Under the pieces are notes generated by a model. The model saw only the letters and a list, made by a program, of their open reading frames with translations, did not search any database and was not told the origin of the DNA. From contig JAPDJO010000054.1 in NCBI GenBank assembly GCA_029259115.1, positions 1 through 11,986 of the forward strand: a DNA stretch of 11,986 bases, in the 5' to 3' direction. Shown piece after piece: positions 7,427 through 11,986 of the stretch. Within the stretch, counting starts at the first letter, position 1. Every line of letters begins with the position of its first letter. Origin of the DNA: Thermoplasmatota archaeon. Its GTDB lineage: Archaea > Thermoplasmatota > E2 > DHVEG-1 > B18-G2. A program made the position numbers and the translations under genes.

Positions 7427-7759
7427 TTATCTTACTTCCCCTTTAACATAGTTGATAAAATCTTCCAGACCTTTCTCTACAGGTATGACCAGTATAGATG
7501 GTAATTCGTAAGGGTGCAGCTCTTTTATCCTCTTGATAACAACATCAGATTTATTCCTTAATGTTTTGGCTATCAGTAGAGACTCTTCATCTTCCTCTAT
7601 CCTTCCTTTCCACCAGTATGTTGAGAAGATCTTCGGGATTATATTCACACATGCAGCTAATCTTTCTTCTACCAATTTCTTTCCAACTTTCTTAGCATCT
7701 TCAAAACTTCCAAATGGAGAGTATATCAGACAAACTTCACTTTCCATCTTATTTTCCAT
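7427..7759 (-). CDS. cutA: Divalent-cation tolerance protein CutA (PII-like fold)
   Basis: LVEERLAACVNI, STYWWKGRIEEDEE, AKT, HPYELPSI. Start chosen at ATG7759, 5 nt after GGAGGTGA (7772-7765); ATG7747 is an alternative. Confidence 0.93.
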   Translation of the reverse strand: MENKMESEVCLIYSPFGSFEDAKKVGKKLVEERLAACVNIIPKIFSTYWWKGRIEEDEESLLIAKTLRNKSDVVIKRIKELHPYELPSILVIPVEKGLEDFINYVKGEVR

Positions 7760-9203
7760 CCTCATCACCTCCTATTATCTGATCCCTTACTGCTTTTATC
7801 AAATCTTTAATAAGTTCTTTATCTGCCTCCTCTTTCTCTTTCCTTCGTTGTTTTTCTAATCTCCAGTACATCTTATGACTTTCCAAAGTCAAAACATATA
7901 TGATAGTTCCGACTGCACACCAGAACAAAAGGAATAGATAGCCAGACATAGCACCAGGAAGATTTAATAGATATCCAAGCAGTGCTGCCGAAGAAAAGGC
8001 ACCAGCAAGAGAGACGATCCACAACCCTCTAAATCTGAAGGTTGCTTTCTTGTATATATCCGGATGCTTATATGGTAATACTAGTGCTGAGATACACACC
8101 AAGATATAAACAATCAAAATAGCTATGTTGATCATCATAACTACACTCATAAATTCCTTCGCCAAAGCAATAATCGTTATAGCAACGATTGCATTTATTA
8201 TCAACGTCCATTTTGGAACTCTAAATCTGTTAAGCTCAGCCAGCTTCTCAGGAACTATCCTGTCTTCAGCCCACGCAAAGGTAAGTCTAGAAGTAGCAAG
8301 CATAGCTGGATTAATATCAGATATTATTGATATTGCTCCAGCAAAAGACACATACAATGCAACGATTGGAGGAAAGAGGCTAGCCATTATGTCGGGAACA
8401 GATCCTGAGGAAAAGTCATAGCTACTATATCGGGAAGGAGATATTGAGCCATAAGTCACTGTTGCTACCAGTACATATAGTATTGCTATAGCTATAGTTG
8501 AAATCAGAATCCCTCTCGGTAGATTCTTCTCTGGATTTTTGACCTCGCCAGCAGCATTTACTATGGTAGCGAAGCCAATATAGCTGAAGAAGATCAAACT
8601 CGTTGCCTTAGCCAGATTTGAGAAATCCCATTTCCAAGAGCAGCTTATGTTATTCAAGTTGACATGAGGCAATCCAAAAATAATAAGAAGAGCCATACCA
8701 ACGATGAGCAGTATAAACATGCCTGTCTGTACTTTTCCGTAAACCTTAACGCCAACATAGTTAACCATAAGGAATAGTAAGACTAATCCTACAGCTATAA
8801 TCTCCATGTGTGAACCTATAAACGAAGAAACCTTTGACATACCAGCCATTGAGAAGAAACCCTGAATCAAAATCAAATCTCCAACTGACATAGCTGCTAT
8901 TGTGGCTATCATTGCAAACCATCTAGACCAAGTAGCGATAAATCCTAGATAGGGATCGAGAATTCTACTTATGAATACGTATTCTCCTCCAGATGAGGGA
9001 AAGATAGTAGCAAGAACAGAGTATGAGAGAGCTATTAGGATTGTAGGGATTGCTGCGATAATAAAAGCAAGTATCACGCCAGAACCGATATCGACCTTAC
9101 TCTGAATCTGGACAGTCGATATGAACAAACCTACACCTATAACATTGGTTACTACAGTAGCAACAACCTCCTTTAAACCAAGCTCCCTTCTAAGTTCAAC
9201 CAT
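7749..9203 (-). CDS. APC-family amino acid/polyamine permease
   Basis: LRRELGL, VIGVGLF (TM1), FPSSGGEYVF, FFSYIGF..AGEVKNPEKNLPRGI, SRLTFAWAED, about 12 TM segments. Confidence 0.93.
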   Translation of the reverse strand: MVELRRELGLKEVVATVVTNVIGVGLFISTVQIQSKVDIGSGVILAFIIAAIPTILIALSYSVLATIFPSSGGEYVFISRILDPYLGFIATWSRWFAMIATIAAMSVGDLILIQGFFSMAGMSKVSSFIGSHMEIIAVGLVLLFLMVNYVGVKVYGKVQTGMFILLIVGMALLIIFGLPHVNLNNISCSWKWDFSNLAKATSLIFFSYIGFATIVNAAGEVKNPEKNLPRGILISTIAIAILYVLVATVTYGSISPSRYSSYDFSSGSVPDIMASLFPPIVALYVSFAGAISIISDINPAMLATSRLTFAWAEDRIVPEKLAELNRFRVPKWTLIINAIVAITIIALAKEFMSVVMMINIAILIVYILVCISALVLPYKHPDIYKKATFRFRGLWIVSLAGAFSSAALLGYLLNLPGAMSGYLFLLFWCAVGTIIYVLTLESHKMYWRLEKQRRKEKEEADKELIKDLIKAVRDQIIGGDEDGK

Positions 9204-9239
9204 AAAAGACCCTTAACGTATGGAAAGGTAAAGTCACGT

Positions 9240-9644
9240 TTAAAATTTTCCAAATTCAACCATACCAAGAGATCTTATTGTCTCGATTAAACCCTTCTTA
9301 CTATCAGAAAAAAAGAGATGACTTTTACATTTACAATCAGAGGATCCGAAATCATCTATAGAATGGTATTTTCTGGAAAAATAGCTAGCGATTTCACACT
9401 CCTCTTTCCTCTCACCAATCTTAACATATATATCAACGATCCTTCCTTCATTGAGCAAATAGTCTACATGCCAATGCATTCTCTTGTTTTTTGATAAATG
9501 TCTCTTTAACCTCCCTTCCAGTCCGTTCAAGGCGGAGCCAACATACAGGTAATAACCTCTCTTGAATCTTATATCTCCCAGCTTTCCAACTTTTATCTTT
9601 TTGTCCCTATCCAGCTTGATGACCAAAACATAACTCCCCTTCAT
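9240..9644 (-). CDS. GIY-YIG (Uri) superfamily nuclease, DUF123 type
   Basis: KGSYVLVI, GYYLYVGSA, RLKRH, HWHVDYL, ECEIA, FGSSDCKCKSHLF. Confidence 0.9.
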   Translation of the reverse strand: MKGSYVLVIKLDRDKKIKVGKLGDIRFKRGYYLYVGSALNGLEGRLKRHLSKNKRMHWHVDYLLNEGRIVDIYVKIGERKEECEIASYFSRKYHSIDDFGSSDCKCKSHLFFSDSKKGLIETIRSLGMVEFGKF

Positions 9645-10057
9645 ATATCGAACAACACCTGTACCTCATATGGATATGTTTTTTTAATCCTCAGCATATG
9701 ATATGTCACAGCCTTTATCTCCACACCGTATCCATGCTTATCTCTTTTGTACTCCTCTCCGAGAGCTCTAGCATTTAATCTTATGTTTTTTTCATCGAGG
9801 TCAACCTTGAATTCACCAAATACCAGATTGTAAGCGCTATTTAGAAACAGAAGCTCAGATAACCAATCGACAAGCAATTCTTCGAGACTATCTGATTTAA
9901 GCTCAATCCTGTACTCTCCTACAGAATCTATCTTTGAGTTATCGGTTATTATCGCAAACATGCCTTTTGCAGCATTCTCAAAACACTCTGCCAAGCTTTT
10001 ACCATATGCCTTTATACCGACGTCTGCGGTATGCTCCACTATCTCAAACTCTTTCAT
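9641..10057 (-). CDS. Archease (RtcB tRNA-ligase cofactor)
   Basis: EHTADVG, LLVDWLSELL, EIKAVTYH, terminal LFDI. Start revised to ATG10057 (GGAGG Shine-Dalgarno, ATGA overlap with the upstream gene). Confidence 0.95.
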   Translation of the reverse strand: MKEFEIVEHTADVGIKAYGKSLAECFENAAKGMFAIITDNSKIDSVGEYRIELKSDSLEELLVDWLSELLFLNSAYNLVFGEFKVDLDEKNIRLNARALGEEYKRDKHGYGVEIKAVTYHMLRIKKTYPYEVQVLFDI

Positions 10058-10809
10058 AGTTTTGCCTCCTTCAGAGCTTCTCTGCACCTGCAATTCCTTT
10101 CATTCTCAACTTTCAATATAGCGAGTCCCAGAATATCAGACATGATCTTCTTTTTCTCGTTGAAGAATCTTTTTATCTCTTCAGCAGACAGAGAATCTTG
10201 TATACCAGCAGCCATGTTGCATGCCAGACATATAGCCCCATAACACATCTCCTTTTCTCTTGCGAGTACAACTTCAGGAACCAGAGTCATTCCCACTATA
10301 TCTGCATAATCTGAAAAAAGCCTAATTTCTGCTTTTGTTTCCAATCTGGCTCCTTCTGTAGCTAGATACACTCCCCTCTCTTGAAAATCGACTTCAAGTT
10401 CCTTGCAGCTATCAATCAAAATCTTTCTTATGTATGGGCAGAAGGGGTCAGTCATGTCTATATGAATTCTAGAATCATCAAAGAAAGAATATCTTCTGTT
10501 TTTCGTGAAGTCTATAAAATCATCCGGTATAACCATGAAACCTGGCTTTATTTTTGGATTAAGAGAGCCTACGGTTCCAAATGATATTATCGAATCGACC
10601 TTAGATAGTTTTAGAGCCTCAATATTAGCTAGATAATTTATCCTGTGAGGAGGAAGATTGCCTTGATGCCTATTCAGAAAAACAATCTCTTTATCTTTGT
10701 AATTCCCGACCAAGAGATCAACTTTTCCATACCTCGTTTCGACGGTTATCTCCTCAAAACCTCTCGTAATCTCGATAATCTCATGTCCACTGATAATGCC
10801 TATCTTCAT
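10054..10809 (-). CDS. MTAP/PNP-family purine nucleoside phosphorylase, probably 6-oxopurine/5'-methylthioinosine type
   Basis: RH..PPHRINYLANI, VGSL, PDDFIDFT, HIDMTDPFCP, EGARLETKAE, VGMT..PE..LARE, and CNMAAG (Asn) in place of MTAP-type DYD. Confidence 0.88.
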   Translation of the reverse strand: MKIGIISGHEIIEITRGFEEITVETRYGKVDLLVGNYKDKEIVFLNRHQGNLPPHRINYLANIEALKLSKVDSIISFGTVGSLNPKIKPGFMVIPDDFIDFTKNRRYSFFDDSRIHIDMTDPFCPYIRKILIDSCKELEVDFQERGVYLATEGARLETKAEIRLFSDYADIVGMTLVPEVVLAREKEMCYGAICLACNMAAGIQDSLSAEEIKRFFNEKKKIMSDILGLAILKVENERNCRCREALKEAKL

Positions 10810-10852
10810 CGTTTTATGTATAAGATTTAAAGGATTAAACCGTTTTCCTTAT
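10810..10852. promoter_or_regulatory. 43-bp bidirectional promoter for probably leaderless transcripts
   Basis: TTTAAA at 10826-10831 begins 27 nt before GTG10853. On the - strand GGAAAACGG-TTTAAT has its TATA (10839-10834) beginning 30 nt before ATG10809. No Shine-Dalgarno before either gene. Confidence 0.55.
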
Positions 10853-11551
10853 GTGAAGGTTGCATCTTTGATATCTGGAGGAAAAGATTCTCTCTACGCG
10901 ATTTATGTAGCATTAAACCATGGATGGAATGTTAAATATTTGGTTTCTCTAATTCCAAAAAGGGAAGATTCTTGGATGTTCCATTCCATTAATATTAAAC
11001 TTGTATCGGATATAGCTGAATCAATAAGAATACCTCTACTATCTAAAGAAACATGCGGAGAGAGGGAAAAGGAGCTGGAAGATTTGAAAGAGATTTTGAA
11101 AGATCTAGATATAGATGGCGTAGTAAGTGGAGCCATTGCTTCGGATTATCAAAGAGAAAGAATCGGCAAGGTATGTGATGAGCTTGGATTGAGAAATTTT
11201 TCTCCAATATGGCATAAGAACCAAGAAAAAGTACTCAAGCATCAAATAAATGCAGGCTTTAGGATATTGATAGATGCTGTTTCTGCAGAGGGTCTTGGAA
11301 GGGAATGGCTTGGAAAAATCCTAGATGAAAGTAATATAGACAATTTTATCGAATTATGTAAAAAATATGGGATAAATCCAAGTGGAGAAGGAGGGGAGTT
11401 TGAGACTTTAGTTCTGGACTGCCCTTTATATCATGAAAAACTAGTTATTAAGGATATGGAGATTATATGGAAAAAAGATCATGGATATTGCATAGTAAAA
11501 AGTATAGAGAAAGAGAGAAAGTCAGTAACTGATGTAATCAAGTCTTTTTAA
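10853..11551 (+). CDS. dph6: Diphthine--ammonia ligase (PP-loop ATPase)
   Basis: SGGKDS, DSWMFH, GAIASDYQ, PIWH, WLGK, SGEGGEFETLVLDCPLY. Start revised to GTG10853 because the track's start overlaps the divergent gene. Confidence 0.92.
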   Translation: MKVASLISGGKDSLYAIYVALNHGWNVKYLVSLIPKREDSWMFHSINIKLVSDIAESIRIPLLSKETCGEREKELEDLKEILKDLDIDGVVSGAIASDYQRERIGKVCDELGLRNFSPIWHKNQEKVLKHQINAGFRILIDAVSAEGLGREWLGKILDESNIDNFIELCKKYGINPSGEGGEFETLVLDCPLYHEKLVIKDMEIIWKKDHGYCIVKSIEKERKSVTDVIKSF

Positions 11552-11863
11552 ATTGTAGAGATAGAGGAAAAGCCTTTGATCGAGATCTTTCTCATCTGGA
11601 AATTCCTTTTCTAACTCTTTCAGTATGTCTTCAACGGTATGGTTTCCATCGCAAAGTTTCCAGATTAGAGAGCCTTTTTCGTCTAGATTTGCTGTAAATG
11701 TATTTTCTCTGCCCAGAAGTTTACAGAACTTCTCTCCTATTCTGCTCTTGAATTTTGGAATCTTTATCTTTACTTTACCCTCTTCTTCGAACCACTCGAA
11801 GTCCTTTCTCTTTGGCTTTAATTTAAGGAACTCTTCTCTTGAATAACTACGCTTTCTTGGCAA
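11522..11863 (-). CDS. Stand-alone PqqD-family / RiPP recognition element (RRE) protein
   Basis: NLDEKGSLIWKLCDGNHTVEDILKELEKEF...RLFLYLYNLKRLDYI matches the PqqD/RRE pattern. TTG start preceded by GAGGGAG. Confidence 0.85.
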   Translation of the reverse strand: MPRKRSYSREEFLKLKPKRKDFEWFEEEGKVKIKIPKFKSRIGEKFCKLLGRENTFTANLDEKGSLIWKLCDGNHTVEDILKELEKEFPDEKDLDQRLFLYLYNLKRLDYISY

Positions 11864-11984
11864 GTATCTCCCTCAGTGGGATATAGAATAGCAAAGCACC
11901 TAGATAAATCCATATCAGTAATCCAGGCCACCACGGCTCTTGTCCTTGTGGAAACATCGCTAGATGAATACCACTCACGAATAT
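11847..11984 (-). CDS. 3' end of a membrane protein running off the window (possibly OPT-family oligopeptide transporter)
   Basis: Manual translation: IFVSGIHLAMFPQGQEPWWPGLLIWIYLGALLFYIPLREILAKKA*. Contains a TM helix with a basic tail. TAG at 11849-11847, overlapping the PqqD gene by 17 nt. OPT identity is inferred from context only. Confidence 0.6.
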   Translation of the reverse strand: MFVSGIHLAMFPQGQEPWWPGLLIWIYLGALLFYIPLREILAKKA

Positions 11985-11986
11985 CA

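Noticed and set aside
9204-9244. Weak inverted repeat (TTAACGT...ACGTTTAA) upstream of the APC permease as a riboswitch or terminator
   Set aside because: The spacer is only 36 nt and the stem is short and imperfect, not distinguishable from chance.
9240-9644. GIY-YIG as a homing endonuclease or mobile element
   Set aside because: Short DUF123-type protein with no intron or intein context, no terminal repeats, and operonic coupling to archease.
10058-10093. N-terminal extension of archease given in the ORF track
   Set aside because: It lies inside the phosphorylase gene; ATG10057 has a Shine-Dalgarno and an ATGA overlap.
10796-10852. N-terminal extension of Dph6 given in the ORF track
   Set aside because: It overlaps the divergent gene and spans the promoter; the family normally begins just before SGGKDS.
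458-11846. Antisense or alternate-frame ORFs (e.g. 458-739, 1003-1491, 3854-4174, 5257-5457, 7533-7859, 8125-8421, 10381-10584, 11625-11846)
   Set aside because: They lie within well-supported genes, mostly show Ser/Ile/Phe-rich shadow composition, and have no recognisable motifs.
3630-11863. Radical SAM + small ORF + PqqD as a classical RiPP cluster
   Set aside because: PqqD is about 7 kb away in another transcription unit, the radical SAM has no SPASM/twitch cysteines, and the small ORF looks like a folded domain rather than a leader-core peptide.
11522-11984. In-frame fusion of the membrane protein to the PqqD domain
   Set aside because: Base-by-base translation shows the upstream frame ends at TAG 11849-11847 and PqqD is in a different frame with its own Shine-Dalgarno.
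1-11986. CRISPR arrays, tRNA/rRNA genes, IS elements
   Set aside because: No intergenic gap exceeds 74 nt, and I saw no periodic repeats, cloverleaf or transposase motifs.

Overview
Very compact, AT-rich archaeal region with no mobile element, CRISPR array or RNA gene that I can support. Archaeal origin is inferred from Dph6, archease, a DUF123-type GIY-YIG protein, frequent AGA/AGG and ATA codons, and TATA/BRE-like promoters; Thermoplasmata is only my guess. (1) <1-4758 (+): a translationally coupled operon with six consecutive ATGA stop/start overlaps. It encodes two ferredoxin-inserted MinD-type ATPases, a TM1459-like cupin, an atypical family-4 uracil-DNA glycosylase, a COG1237 metallo-beta-lactamase-fold protein, a class I methyltransferase, a COG0731 radical SAM protein, and a 64-aa stand-alone copy of that radical SAM's C-terminal domain. 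(2) 4755-6781: a divergent pair, a secreted BPL_N/class I GATase-fold protein and an ArsP_2-type putative metal transporter, separated by a palindrome-rich spacer. (3) 6776-10809 (-): MTAP/MTIP-family phosphorylase, archease, GIY-YIG protein, APC permease, CutA and a THUMP-less ThiI. (4) Dph6 (+), converging on a stand-alone PqqD/RRE gene that is coupled to the 3' end of a membrane protein gene (possibly an OPT transporter) missed by the ORF track. Best leads are the Fe-S/radical SAM operon with its duplicated domain and divergent UDG, the orphan RRE-transporter pair, and the THUMP-less ThiI.
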